NCBI GenBank assembly: GCA_026994195.1
Contig: JALWRH010000030.1
Coordinates: forward strand, 20-64,019
Length of the DNA: 64,000 bases
DNA from: Sedimenticola sp.
GTDB taxonomy: Bacteria > Pseudomonadota > Gammaproteobacteria > Chromatiales > Chromatiaceae
Reading direction: 5' to 3'
A model generated the notes under the pieces. The model saw only the letters and a program-made list of their open reading frames with translations, searched no databases and had not been told where the DNA came from. Below are positions 40,239 to 52,132 of the stretch, in pieces. A program made the translations under genes and the position numbers. Each line of letters starts with the position of its first letter. The first letter of the stretch is position 1.

Positions 40239-42194
40239 ATGCACAGCAGACAGTATTCACGGCTTTTCCTCGTTTCATTCGTATTATTGGCGCTGATCAC
40301 AGGATGCGAGACCAGGCCGACCCGGCAAACGCCTCCCGTAGACCCCCAGGCGGCTCATGCCGCCAGCCTCTACGAGCAGCAGCGCTACCAGGAAGCCGCC
40401 GACCTGTACGAGGATCTGGCAAATCGCGCCATTCCCGGCAACCGCGATCTCTACCGGCTGCTGGCAGCCGACAGTCTGATTCATGACGGCCAGCTTGACA
40501 AGGCCGAAGCCCTGCTGGGCCCCATACAGGCACCCAGCCTTCCCCCCGCACAGCAGTTCAGGCTGGATCTGGTGCAGGCCCGTCTCGCCCTGGAGCGTCA
40601 CCAGCCCGAAGCCGTGCTGAAACGGCTCCGCCTCCTTCCGCCAAACGCCTCACGGGACGCAGCCATCCGTTATCACAGCCTGCGCGCCGCCGCCCTGAAA
40701 GCGCTGCAGCAGAAACTGCCTTATGTACGGGAGCTGATTGCTCTGGACAAGCTGCAATCCGATGAGGAACAGCAATTGCAGACCCAGCTCGGCATTCTGG
40801 ATACCCTGACCCGGTTCAAGCCCCAGATCCTTCAAGAGCAGCTGTCCGGCACAGACAGTACCACCCGGGGCTGGATGGAACTGGCCGCCCTGTTGCGGGA
40901 TTTTCCCGGCACACCCGAGGAGATCATCGCGCCGTACCGCGAGTGGCGGGATCTGTTTCCCGATCACCCAGCCCTGCCGCAACTGATCACCAGCTACTAC
41001 AACCAGCAACAGCAAAGAGCCCCCTTGGAAGTCAGTCAGATCGCCGTTCTGCTTCCCAGGAGCGGTCCCTATGCCAGAGCTGCCGCAACCATCCGTGACG
41101 GGTTGATGGCCGCCTGGTATGCCGATCCCAACGAAAACCGCCCTCCGCTTAAGTTCTATGATTCCAGCAACCCGGAACAGGTCTGGCCCTTGCTCAACCA
41201 GGCTGCCGATGACGGGGCCAGTATCGTGATCGGCCCCCTGGCCAAACCTGCCGTGGCGCAGCTGGTGCGTGCAGGCGATCTGCCGCTTCCCGTACTTGCC
41301 CTGAATCAGGTGGACATCGACAGCATTCCACCCCAGGGACTGTATCAGTATGCCCTTTCTCCCGAGGACGAAGCACGCCAGGTGGCCGTCTGGGCCGCGT
41401 GGCAGGGCTACAGCCAGCCAGCGCTGCTCTATCCATCCACCTCCCTGGGCAAACGCATGGCGCAAAGCTTCATGGAAGAATGGCGTGAACTGGGAGGAAG
41501 CAGCGTGCGCACCCAGGCTTACGACCCCGCCAGCGGCGATTATTCGACGCCGGTAGCCGAACTGGTCATGGCCCGGCAGCGCAAAGCGCAGCTGGAAAAG
41601 CTCAAAGAAGCGCAGGAAAAAGCCAAAGAGGAAGGCCTGACAGAGATCGACTACCAGCTGCCACCCAGGGGCATCGATTTTGTGTTTGCCATCGGCAACA
41701 AACAGCAGATGCGCCAGATCCGTCCCATGGTGCAGTTCCACTACGCTGAAGACCTGCCCGTGTTCAGCACCTCCCGCGCCTGGGATGGCCGCCTCAGTCA
41801 CGATGAAAGCTTCGATTTTGCCGGCCTGATGCTGCCGGAAATGCCCTGGATACTGGACGAAGAAGCCAAAGACCCCCTGTCCCGCGCCAACCTGGAAGCC
41901 CAACTGCCTCCCCGGGGACGCAAATACCTGCGCCTGCTGCCCATGGGCATAGACGCCTACAAGGTGGCGCCGTTGCTGCGGCGTCTGGAAAGCAGCAATA
42001 CGGAATCCTTCCCCGGGCGCACAGGCATTCTCTACCTGAATCCCCAGCGCCAGCTGCTGCGGCGTATGACCTGGATTTCCCTGCAGATTCCTCCCAAGGT
42101 ACTGGGCGTCACGCCCGATGCCGCCAGTGTGCAGGTGATACCGGCAGAAACTCCCGACCCGGCCCATGAAAGCTCCTCACCTGCGCAAAGGTGA
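40239..42194 (+). CDS. lpoA: penicillin-binding protein activator LpoA (lipoprotein)
   Basis: Lipobox LLALITGC, a TPR-like N-domain, and a C-terminal type-1 periplasmic-binding-fold region (IAVLLPRSGPYARAAATIRDG). Conserved rsmI / lpoA-yraN-diaA neighbourhood. Confidence 0.85.
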   Translation: MHSRQYSRLFLVSFVLLALITGCETRPTRQTPPVDPQAAHAASLYEQQRYQEAADLYEDLANRAIPGNRDLYRLLAADSLIHDGQLDKAEALLGPIQAPSLPPAQQFRLDLVQARLALERHQPEAVLKRLRLLPPNASRDAAIRYHSLRAAALKALQQKLPYVRELIALDKLQSDEEQQLQTQLGILDTLTRFKPQILQEQLSGTDSTTRGWMELAALLRDFPGTPEEIIAPYREWRDLFPDHPALPQLITSYYNQQQQRAPLEVSQIAVLLPRSGPYARAAATIRDGLMAAWYADPNENRPPLKFYDSSNPEQVWPLLNQAADDGASIVIGPLAKPAVAQLVRAGDLPLPVLALNQVDIDSIPPQGLYQYALSPEDEARQVAVWAAWQGYSQPALLYPSTSLGKRMAQSFMEEWRELGGSSVRTQAYDPASGDYSTPVAELVMARQRKAQLEKLKEAQEKAKEEGLTEIDYQLPPRGIDFVFAIGNKQQMRQIRPMVQFHYAEDLPVFSTSRAWDGRLSHDESFDFAGLMLPEMPWILDEEAKDPLSRANLEAQLPPRGRKYLRLLPMGIDAYKVAPLLRRLESSNTESFPGRTGILYLNPQRQLLRRMTWISLQIPPKVLGVTPDAASVQVIPAETPDPAHESSSPAQR

Positions 42195-42513
42195 AGCCGC
42201 CGAATCCCTGGCCTGCCGCTGGCTGGAAAGCCAGGGACTGGTTCTGCAGGCGCGCAACTACCGCTGCCGAGCCGGTGAGATCGACCTGATCATGGAAGAC
42301 GGCGAGACACTGGTATTCGTCGAAGTGCGCTACCGCAGCCACCCCGGATACGGCAGCGCAGCAGAATCCGTGACCCCGGCCAAGCAACTGAAGCTGCTGC
42401 GCACGGCACAGCATTACCTGCAGCAATTGCCTCATACACCGCCCTGCCGATTCGATATAATCGGCATCGAGCCGGAGCAGCCTGTCCAGTGGATACGCAA
42501 TGCTCTGCAGTAG
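42166..42513 (+). CDS. yraN: YraN family (UPF0102) endonuclease-like protein
   Basis: 115 aa with GEIDLIMEDGETLVFVEVRYR, typical of UPF0102. Confidence 0.88.
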   Translation: MKAPHLRKGEAAESLACRWLESQGLVLQARNYRCRAGEIDLIMEDGETLVFVEVRYRSHPGYGSAAESVTPAKQLKLLRTAQHYLQQLPHTPPCRFDIIGIEPEQPVQWIRNALQ

Positions 42514-44519
<2,006 letters not shown>

Positions 44520-44574
44520 CACCCCAAGGTATTTTAGGGTAATATCAAAAAAACCTTCCCCAGCGGAGCCGCTT

Positions 44575-46008
44575 ATGTCAAAGAAAGCTGTTTTCCTTCC
44601 CCTTCTGGCCACGCTCCTTACTGGCACCAACCTGCAGGCGGACGAAATGATCTCAGATATCGACGACCAGACCGGGCTGGCCGTAACCATCTACAACGAA
44701 GACCTGGCGCTCATCCGGGATCAACGCGCCATGGATCTGCCTGACGGCACCCTGGACCTGGCCCTGCGCGGCGTCAGCGCCCGGATGCGGCCGGAAACCG
44801 CCCTGTTACGCAGTATCACTCCACCAGGCGGCCTCCAGGTGCTGGAGCAAAACTTCAATTTCGATCTGCTCACCCCGGACAAGATGCTGGAGAAATATAC
44901 CGGCAAGACCGTAGAGATCGTTCGCATGAATCCCGCAACCGGCAAAGAGACCCGGGAAGCCGCCACAATACTCAGCACCAATGAAGGCGTAGTGGCGGAA
45001 ATCGGCGGGCAGGTGGAAACCAACCCACAGGGACGCTGGATCTTTCCCCGCATACCAGAGAATCTGCGTGACCGTCCCACTCTCGTAACCCGTCTGAACA
45101 CAAAGGATGCCGGCAGGCGGGAACTGGAACTTACCTATCTGTCCGGAGGACTGGCCTGGAAAGCCGACTATGTGGCCAACCTGAACCAGGACGACAGCTC
45201 CCTGGATCTTGCAGGCTGGGTGACCCTTACCAACAAGAGCGGCACCACCTATCCCAATGCCCGCCTGCAACTGGTGGCGGGGGACGTACATCAAGTTCGG
45301 GAGAACATGCGCTACCTGAGAAAAGCCAACGTCATGGCCGTAGCTGAAGCCGCCCCGGCACCCATGGCCGAAGAGAGCCTGTTCGAATATCACCTGTACA
45401 CCCTGAACCGTCCCACCACCATCGCGGACAACCAGACAAAGCAGGTGGCCCTGCTCAACGCCAGCGGCATTCCCGCCCATAAAGAGCTGATTTTCCAGGG
45501 CCAGGACTATTACTACCGCAACCGTTACAACAGCCTGGGACAAAAACTCAAGGCAACCGCCTACGTCAGCTTTGACAATCGCGAAGAAAAAGGCCTGGGC
45601 ATGCCCCTGCCCAAGGGCATTGTACGGGTGTACAAGCAGGACAGCTCAGGTCATGCCCAGTTCGTGGGGGAAGACCGCATCGATCACACCCCAAAGAATG
45701 AGCAGGTGCGCCTCAGGCTGGGAGAAGCCTTCGATGTCACCGCCAACAAGAAACAGATCAACTATAAGAAGGTCAACTATGGCCACCCTTACAGCTACGC
45801 CGCCGAAAGCACCTTTCGCCTGGAGCTGAAGAATGCCAAGAAAACGGCAGTGACGGTGAAGGTGCGCGAACCCATTCCCGGCGACTGGGAAATCAAGCGC
45901 GAATCCCACCGCCACCGGAAGGTGGCCGCCGGTCTGGCGGAATGGGAAATAACGCTCCCTGCTGAAGGCAATGTCACCCTGGAGTATCAGGTACTGGTGA
46001 GATACTGA
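44575..46008 (+). CDS. secreted DUF4139-family protein
   Basis: Signal peptide MSKKAVFLPLLATLLTGTNLQA. Beta-rich 477-aa protein with N-terminal LAVTIYNEDLALIRDQR and central LTYLSGGLAWKADY segments, recalled as typical of DUF4139/DUF4140. No search was run. Confidence 0.6.
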   Translation: MSKKAVFLPLLATLLTGTNLQADEMISDIDDQTGLAVTIYNEDLALIRDQRAMDLPDGTLDLALRGVSARMRPETALLRSITPPGGLQVLEQNFNFDLLTPDKMLEKYTGKTVEIVRMNPATGKETREAATILSTNEGVVAEIGGQVETNPQGRWIFPRIPENLRDRPTLVTRLNTKDAGRRELELTYLSGGLAWKADYVANLNQDDSSLDLAGWVTLTNKSGTTYPNARLQLVAGDVHQVRENMRYLRKANVMAVAEAAPAPMAEESLFEYHLYTLNRPTTIADNQTKQVALLNASGIPAHKELIFQGQDYYYRNRYNSLGQKLKATAYVSFDNREEKGLGMPLPKGIVRVYKQDSSGHAQFVGEDRIDHTPKNEQVRLRLGEAFDVTANKKQINYKKVNYGHPYSYAAESTFRLELKNAKKTAVTVKVREPIPGDWEIKRESHRHRKVAAGLAEWEITLPAEGNVTLEYQVLVRY

Positions 46009-46010
46009 TC

Positions 46011-47435
46011 ATGCCCGGCGCACGCCATCTGCTCTCTACAGCAATCTTGCTGTTCTGGTCATGGCCGGTGCATGCCAATGAAACACCCCTGGATTTGACC
46101 GGCCACTGGGCCGGCTACCTGTCCCTGGGCGTCTTTTTCCTCGCCTATCTGTTCGTCATGGCGGAAGAGTTTACCCACCTGCGCAAATCCAAGCCCGTGA
46201 TGCTGGCCGCAGGCATCATCTGGGCCAGTATTGCCTTGGTGTACCAGATCCATGGCTACACCACGGAAGTCGAGCATGCCGTGCGCCACAACCTGCTGGA
46301 ATATGCAGAACTGATGCTGTTTCTGCTGGTGGCCATGACCTACATAAACGCCATGGACGAACGCCTGGTGTTCGAAAAGCTGCGCATATGGCTGGTGCGC
46401 AAGGGATTGGGATTCAGGGCGCTGTTCTGGGTAACGGGTCTTCTGGCCTTTTTCATCTCGCCCATCGCGGACAATCTGACCACCGCCCTGCTCATGTGCG
46501 CCGTGGTGCTCGCCGTGGGTGGCGACAACAGCAGGTTCATCCTTCTGGCCTGTATCAACATCGTGGTTGCTGCCAACGCCGGAGGCGCATTCAGCCCTTT
46601 CGGTGACATCACCACTCTCATGGTATGGCAGAAAGAGATCACAACACCCCAGGGAATGATTGATTTCTGGTCTTTCTTCGCCCTGTTCTTCCCTTCCCTG
46701 GTCAACTGGCTGGTGCCGGCATTCATCATGGGGCTGGCGGTGCCCAACGAGCACCCGGAGCCCCTCTCGGAGGCCGGCGTCACCAAGCGGGGGGCGAAAC
46801 GCATCGTCATACTGTTCCTCCTCACCATCGCCACAGCAGTGGTGTTCCACAACTTCCTGAGACTGCCGCCGGTGGTGGGCATGCTCACCGGCCTGGCTTA
46901 TCTGCAATTCTTCGGCTATTACCTGCGCAAAACCCGCACCAAAGACGAAACCCCCGAAGCGGCAGCCCATGCCGGACATATCGGCGACCCGGTGGCATTC
47001 GATATATTCACCAGTGTCGCCAGAGCCGAATGGGACACCCTGTTTTTTTTCTACGGCGTGGTGTTGTGCGTCGGCGGGTTGGGATTCATCGGCTATCTCA
47101 CCCTGGCCTCGGATATCATGTACAACCAGTGGGGCGCTACGGTAGCCAACATCGCCGTAGGGGTGATGTCCGCCATCGTGGACAACATTCCGGTGATGTT
47201 CGCCGTACTGACCATGCTGCCGGAGATGTCCAACGGGCAGTGGCTGCTGGTGACCCTCACCGCTGGCGTGGGCGGCTCCCTGCTTTCCATCGGCTCCGCC
47301 GCCGGCGTCGCCCTGATGGGACAGGCCCGGGGCAAATACACCTTCTTCGGTCACCTGAAATGGGCCCCCATCATCGCCCTGGGCTATGGATCCAGCATCC
47401 TTACCCACATCTGGCTGAACCAGCACTTGTTCTGA
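46011..47435 (+). CDS. nhaD: Na+/H+ antiporter NhaD family
   Basis: 474 aa, polytopic. Segments FFISPIADNLTTALLMCAVV and SAIVDNIPVMFAVL are typical of NhaD (ArsB/NhaD superfamily). Confidence 0.8.
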   Translation: MPGARHLLSTAILLFWSWPVHANETPLDLTGHWAGYLSLGVFFLAYLFVMAEEFTHLRKSKPVMLAAGIIWASIALVYQIHGYTTEVEHAVRHNLLEYAELMLFLLVAMTYINAMDERLVFEKLRIWLVRKGLGFRALFWVTGLLAFFISPIADNLTTALLMCAVVLAVGGDNSRFILLACINIVVAANAGGAFSPFGDITTLMVWQKEITTPQGMIDFWSFFALFFPSLVNWLVPAFIMGLAVPNEHPEPLSEAGVTKRGAKRIVILFLLTIATAVVFHNFLRLPPVVGMLTGLAYLQFFGYYLRKTRTKDETPEAAAHAGHIGDPVAFDIFTSVARAEWDTLFFFYGVVLCVGGLGFIGYLTLASDIMYNQWGATVANIAVGVMSAIVDNIPVMFAVLTMLPEMSNGQWLLVTLTAGVGGSLLSIGSAAGVALMGQARGKYTFFGHLKWAPIIALGYGSSILTHIWLNQHLF

Positions 47436-47598
47436 GGCCTACCCCCGTTCGAGCCCATTGTTTCCGCTCAATTCAGAAGCCTGTAGGGTTGTGATATAGT
47501 TTGAGGCGATCAGGGTTCAATCGTTAAGGGCGTTGTGGGGCAACAGCGCATTTAACCGTTCAACTATACTGTATTTCTATCTATTTCCGGAGGATCAT

Positions 47599-48471
47599 AT
47601 GTCCAAGAAACATCCAGTCGTTGTTGTAACCGGCTCATCCGGTGCTGGTACCACCACCGTCAAACGCGCTTTCGAGCACATATTCACCCGTGAAGGCATC
47701 AAGGCAGCTATCGTGGAGGGCGACAGCTTTCACCGCTACGACCGTGCAGAGATGAAGGTGAAAATGGCGGAAGAACATCTGAGCCATTTTGGCCCGGAAG
47801 CCAACCGTTTCGACAAGATCGAAGAACTTTTCAAAGTCTATGGTGAAACAGGACGTGGTGAAAAGCGTTACTACCTGCACAGCCAGGAAGAAGCCGACGA
47901 GCACAATGCACGACTGGGCTGCGACAAGAAACCCGGAGAGTTCACTCCCTGGGAAGAGATCCCCGAAGGCACAGACCTGCTGTTCTACGAAGGTCTGCAC
48001 GGCATGGTAGTTACCGATGAGAACAACGTGGCCGGCCAGGTCGATCTGGGTATCGGCGTGGTGCCGGTAGTCAACCTCGAGTGGATCCAGAAAATCCACC
48101 GCGACGCCAAAGAGCGCGGCTATTCTGCTGAAGCAACAGTGGAAACCATCATGCGCCGCATGCCGGACTACATCAACCACATCACGCCCCAGTTCTCCCG
48201 CACGGATATCAACTTCCAGCGAGTGGCCACGGTGGATACCTCCAACCCTTTCATCGCCCGGGACATTCCCACCCCGGATGAAAGTTTCGTGGTGATTCGT
48301 TTCGCCGACCCGGAAAAGTTCGATACCGACTTTCCCTACCTGCTGAACATGATTCCCGACAGCTTCATGTCCCGGCGCAATACCATTGTGGTGCCCGGTG
48401 GCAAAATGGGCTTCGCCATGGAAATCATCCTCGGCCCCATCATCGACAAGATGATGCATGAGCGCGGCTGA
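47599..48471 (+). CDS. prk: phosphoribulokinase
   Basis: MSKKHPVVVVTGSSGAGTTTVKRAFEHIF P-loop N-terminus and bacterial type PRK length (290 aa). ATG 47599 is preceded by GGAGGA. The track ORF starts upstream at 47533. Confidence 0.93.
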   Translation: MSKKHPVVVVTGSSGAGTTTVKRAFEHIFTREGIKAAIVEGDSFHRYDRAEMKVKMAEEHLSHFGPEANRFDKIEELFKVYGETGRGEKRYYLHSQEEADEHNARLGCDKKPGEFTPWEEIPEGTDLLFYEGLHGMVVTDENNVAGQVDLGIGVVPVVNLEWIQKIHRDAKERGYSAEATVETIMRRMPDYINHITPQFSRTDINFQRVATVDTSNPFIARDIPTPDESFVVIRFADPEKFDTDFPYLLNMIPDSFMSRRNTIVVPGGKMGFAMEIILGPIIDKMMHERG

Positions 48472-48493
48472 TTTTCCTCAACCACGCGGTTCT

Positions 48494-48530
48494 GGCCATC
48501 TTGCCTTCTGTACGGGCAAGATGGCCTTTT
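48494..48530 (+). terminator. rho-independent terminator of prk
   Basis: A 12-bp perfect stem pairs GGCCATCTTGCC (48494-48505) with GGCAAGATGGCC (48515-48526). The loop is 9 nt and is followed by TTTT. Confidence 0.8.
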
Positions 48531-48580
48531 GCCAATTGGCCTGTTATCGACCCCGAGGTGCTTTCCCATGTTGTCCATTT

Positions 48581-48654
48581 AGCCGGCGACCAAATATATT
48601 GCCCTCTGCCGCCCTGTTTGAAGCACTGAGGGCGATATATTTGGTCGCCGGCTT
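48581..48654. repeat. long inverted repeat (26-bp arms, 1 mismatch, 22-nt loop)
   Basis: AGCCGGCGACCAAATATATTGCCCTC (48581-48606) pairs with GAGGGCGATATATTTGGTCGCCGGCT (48629-48654). It lies between the prk terminator and the next transporter gene. Confidence 0.8.
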
Positions 48655-48685
48655 AATAAAAGCCTGCTGTAGCCGTTAGGTAGGA

Positions 48686-50065
48686 ATGTATTCAGAGATA
48701 CTTGGTGAAACTATGGAAGCAATTACCGAAACCCTGACCTGGAACAGCAGCATGGCCGTCTCCGGCCTCATATTGGCCGTTACCTTCATCGGCATATTCA
48801 CCGAAGGGGTACACGGTTTCCATCGCACCAAGTTCGCCATGGGCGGCGCAGCCATGATGGTATTGGCTGGACAGCTGATGGGATTCTATGACCCCCAGAT
48901 GGCCCTGGATGCCATTGACTGGAACGTGGTGCTCCTCCTGGGCGCCATGATGACCATCGTAGCCATCATGATCCCCACGGGCGGTTTCCAGGTGCTGGCC
49001 TACCGCATTGCGGATTTCAGCAAGGGACGCCAGTTTCTACTCATGGCCCTGCTGGGTACAGCGGTAACGGTATTTTCCCTGCTCCTGGACAACGTCACCA
49101 CCGTGGTCATCTTCGGGCCACTTATCGTTCTCATTGCCAAGGCCCTGAAAACCTCGCCGGTTCCCTACCTGCTGGCCGCGGCCCTGTTATCCGACACGGG
49201 GGGCGTGGCCACTCTGGTGGGGGATCCGCCCAACCTGATGATCGGCTCTGCAGCGAACATTGATTTCAACACCTTCCTCATCAAGATGGGCGGTTTGGTG
49301 TTGGTAGCCTGGATCGCCATCCTGATTGCACTGAAATTCCTGTTCCACAAGGAGCTCAGCGGTGAGACCGCGCACCCCAGTTTCGAAGACCGGGAAAAAC
49401 TGATCGATCCCCACACCTGGCGCATGTCCCTGCTGGTCTTGATCGTCATGGTGGTGTTTTTCATTTTCCATCATCATCTTCATTGGGAACCTTGGGTGGT
49501 TGCGGTACTGGGCCTGTCCATTCTGCTGCTGATCTCAAAGAATGTGGACATGGACGACACCCTGGAAGACGTGGAGCTGAGCCTGCTGATGTTTTTCATG
49601 TCCCTGTTCGTTCTGGTGGGCGGCGTGGAACACAGTCATTTCCTCAAGTACATTGGACAGTTCATCCGTCCCTTCGTGGAATCCGATCTGCTCCTCGCGT
49701 CCATCCTGCTCATGTGGGCCGCCGCCATTCTTTCCGCCATGATCGACAATATTCCCTTCACTGCCGCCATGATCCCCATCATCATGGGTATGGAACAGCA
49801 GGGCATCAACGTCTCTCCCCTGTGGTGGTCACTAGCGGTCGGCGTGGGCATGGGCGGCAATGGCACGCATCTGGGCTCCACTGCCAACGTGTTCATCGTC
49901 ACGCTTTCTGAACGTATTGCCCGGGAAACCGGCAATGAGGATTGGCGTATCACGCCGGGGCTGTGGTTCCGCAAAGGCACACCTGCCATGCTGCTCACCC
50001 TGGTGACCTCTTCGCTCCTGATGTGGCTGTTCTTTGATTTCTTCGACCAGCCCATTCCCCATTGA
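48686..50065 (+). CDS. ArsB/NhaD-superfamily anion/ion permease
   Basis: 459 aa, polytopic. LLLDNVTTVVIFGPL and SAMIDNIPFTAAMIPII repeats are typical of the superfamily. An alternative start is ATG 48713 (MEAITE). Confidence 0.75.
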   Translation: MYSEILGETMEAITETLTWNSSMAVSGLILAVTFIGIFTEGVHGFHRTKFAMGGAAMMVLAGQLMGFYDPQMALDAIDWNVVLLLGAMMTIVAIMIPTGGFQVLAYRIADFSKGRQFLLMALLGTAVTVFSLLLDNVTTVVIFGPLIVLIAKALKTSPVPYLLAAALLSDTGGVATLVGDPPNLMIGSAANIDFNTFLIKMGGLVLVAWIAILIALKFLFHKELSGETAHPSFEDREKLIDPHTWRMSLLVLIVMVVFFIFHHHLHWEPWVVAVLGLSILLLISKNVDMDDTLEDVELSLLMFFMSLFVLVGGVEHSHFLKYIGQFIRPFVESDLLLASILLMWAAAILSAMIDNIPFTAAMIPIIMGMEQQGINVSPLWWSLAVGVGMGGNGTHLGSTANVFIVTLSERIARETGNEDWRITPGLWFRKGTPAMLLTLVTSSLLMWLFFDFFDQPIPH

Positions 50066-50077
50066 TTATTGCGGATA

Positions 50078-50147
50078 TGTAGGTCGGGCTTCAGCCCGAC
50101 AATGGCGGTCACAAACGGAGCGTTGTCGGACTGAAGTCCGACCTACG
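50078..50147. repeat. REP-like double-hairpin intergenic element, copy 2
   Basis: TGTAGGTCGGGCTTCAGCCCGACA - spacer - TGTCGGACTGAAGTCCGACCTACG. It lies between the convergent permease and dxs genes. Confidence 0.9.
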
Positions 50148-50190
50148 ACTATGGTTTTTCCATCATCAAGGGTGTGGCCAGATATAGCAG

Positions 50191-52065
50191 TTAGAAGCGG
50201 GCAAGCCGCTGACGCAGTGATGAGAGAATCTGCGCAGCAGTAAGTCCCGCCATCTCCAGCTGCTCGTTCTGGGTAGCCTGCTCCAGGTACTTGTCGGGCA
50301 GACCAAACTGCATAAGGGGAACCTGGATGCCAAGGGCATTGAGCGCCTCGGCCACTGCGGAACCGGCGCCTCCCATGAGGGCATTCTCCTCCAGGGTCAC
50401 CAGCAGTTCATGGCAGACGGCCATGTCTTTCACCATTGCCGTATCCAGGGGCTTGACGAAACGCATATTGATGACGGTGGCGTCCAGTTCCTGCGCCACC
50501 TCCATGCCCGTGGTGACCATGCTGCCAAAACACAGCAGCGCCACACGGCGGCCCTCCCGGCGGATTTCTCCCTTGCCCCAAGGCAAAGTCGCCGCATCAG
50601 CCACCACTTCCATCCCCGGCCCCTTGCCTCTTGGATAGCGCACCAGGGCGGGCCCCGGGTATTCCCAGGCGGCCTGAAGCATGTGGTGGCACTCGTTTTC
50701 ATCCGCAGGTGCCAGTATGCACATATTGGGAATGCAGCGGGCATAGCTCAGATCATAGGCCCCGGCATGGGTGGCCCCATCAGCGCCCACCAGCCCTGCT
50801 CGATCCACGGCGAAGGTGACATCCAGGTTTTGCAGGGCCACGTCGTGAATCAGCTGGTCATAGGCCCGCTGCAGGAAAGTGGAGTAAATAGCCACCACAG
50901 GTTTGAGACCATCGCAGGCCATGCCTGCCGCCAGGGTCACGGCATGCTGTTCGGCAATGCCCACATCGAAATAACGGCTGGGGAAATCAGTGGCAAACTG
51001 TACCAGGCCTGAACCCTCGCACATGGCGGGGGTGATCGCCAGAAGCCGTTCGTCTTCTGCGGCCTGCTTACAGATCCAGTCGGAGAATACTTGGGTATAG
51101 GTCTTGCCGCTGCTGCCAGAACCATTCTGCTGCCCCGTATCCGGATCAAAAGGCCCGACACCGTGATAGACGCAGGGATCACCTTCTGCCGGGGCAAAAC
51201 CCTTGCCTTTCTGAGTGACCACATGGAGAAAGCGCGGGCCATGCATCTGTTTCATGTTGCGCAGGGTCTGCACCATCAGGGGCAGATCATGGCCATCGAT
51301 AGGGCCAATGTAATTGAAGCCCAGTTCCTCGAACAAAGTGCCGGGAATGAGCATGCCTTTCATATGTTCTTCCCAGCGATCCATGAGGTTGCGCATGCCG
51401 GGCATCACGCCCAGAACATTCTTACCGCCCTCGCGCATACGGTTGTAAAAGCGGCTGGACAACACCCGAGCCAGGTAATTACTCACCGCCCCCACGGGGT
51501 TGGAGATGGACATGTCGTTGTCATTGAGAACAACCAGCAGATCCATATCCAGAGAACCGGCATGGTTCAGGGCCTCGAAGGCCATGCCCGCAGACAAGGC
51601 ACCATCTCCGATGACGGCAATATGCTCACGTTGTATGCCTTCCTGCTTGGCCGCCACCGCCATGCCCAATGCTGCGCTGATGGACGTGCTGGAATGACCG
51701 GCGCCAAAGGCATCGTACTCCGACTCACTGCACTTGAGGAAACCGGACAGCCCTCCTTTCTGGCGCAGACTCTCCATCCGTGCGCGGCGGCCCGTGAGTA
51801 TCTTGTGCGGGTAGGCCTGATGACCCACATCCCAGACCAGCTTGTCCCTGGGGGTGTCGAATACATAGTGCAGCGCCACAGTAAGCTCCACCACACCCAG
51901 GCCCGCGGCCAAGTGGCCACCGGTGCGGGACACGCTCTTCACCAGGAACTCGCGCAGCTCGTCCGCAAGGGGCTGCAGCTGTCCCATATCCAGCAGACGC
52001 AGATCTTCCGGCAGGTCGACCTGTTCTAGCAAGGATGAGGATGACTGCTCGCTGGTGCTGGACAT
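50191..52065 (-). CDS. dxs: 1-deoxy-D-xylulose-5-phosphate synthase
   Basis: 624 aa. [21 protein letters not shown] and TPP motif [18 protein letters not shown]. Confidence 0.97.
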   Translation of the reverse strand: MSSTSEQSSSSLLEQVDLPEDLRLLDMGQLQPLADELREFLVKSVSRTGGHLAAGLGVVELTVALHYVFDTPRDKLVWDVGHQAYPHKILTGRRARMESLRQKGGLSGFLKCSESEYDAFGAGHSSTSISAALGMAVAAKQEGIQREHIAVIGDGALSAGMAFEALNHAGSLDMDLLVVLNDNDMSISNPVGAVSNYLARVLSSRFYNRMREGGKNVLGVMPGMRNLMDRWEEHMKGMLIPGTLFEELGFNYIGPIDGHDLPLMVQTLRNMKQMHGPRFLHVVTQKGKGFAPAEGDPCVYHGVGPFDPDTGQQNGSGSSGKTYTQVFSDWICKQAAEDERLLAITPAMCEGSGLVQFATDFPSRYFDVGIAEQHAVTLAAGMACDGLKPVVAIYSTFLQRAYDQLIHDVALQNLDVTFAVDRAGLVGADGATHAGAYDLSYARCIPNMCILAPADENECHHMLQAAWEYPGPALVRYPRGKGPGMEVVADAATLPWGKGEIRREGRRVALLCFGSMVTTGMEVAQELDATVINMRFVKPLDTAMVKDMAVCHELLVTLEENALMGGAGSAVAEALNALGIQVPLMQFGLPDKYLEQATQNEQLEMAGLTAAQILSSLRQRLARF

Positions 52066-52132
52066 AGGGTAGAATGCGCTTGTGAATTATCCACAGGGGT
52101 AATTTATTATTCTAACAGTTTAGAGCGAGGCC

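Noticed and set aside
40650-42167. 505-aa minus-strand ORF
   Set aside because: It is antisense to lpoA, which has a lipobox and a conserved neighbourhood. It has no domain signatures.
46059-47426. 455-aa minus-strand ORF
   Set aside because: It is antisense to the polytopic NhaD gene. The protein would be hydrophilic and His/Gly/Asp/Gln-rich, with no motif.
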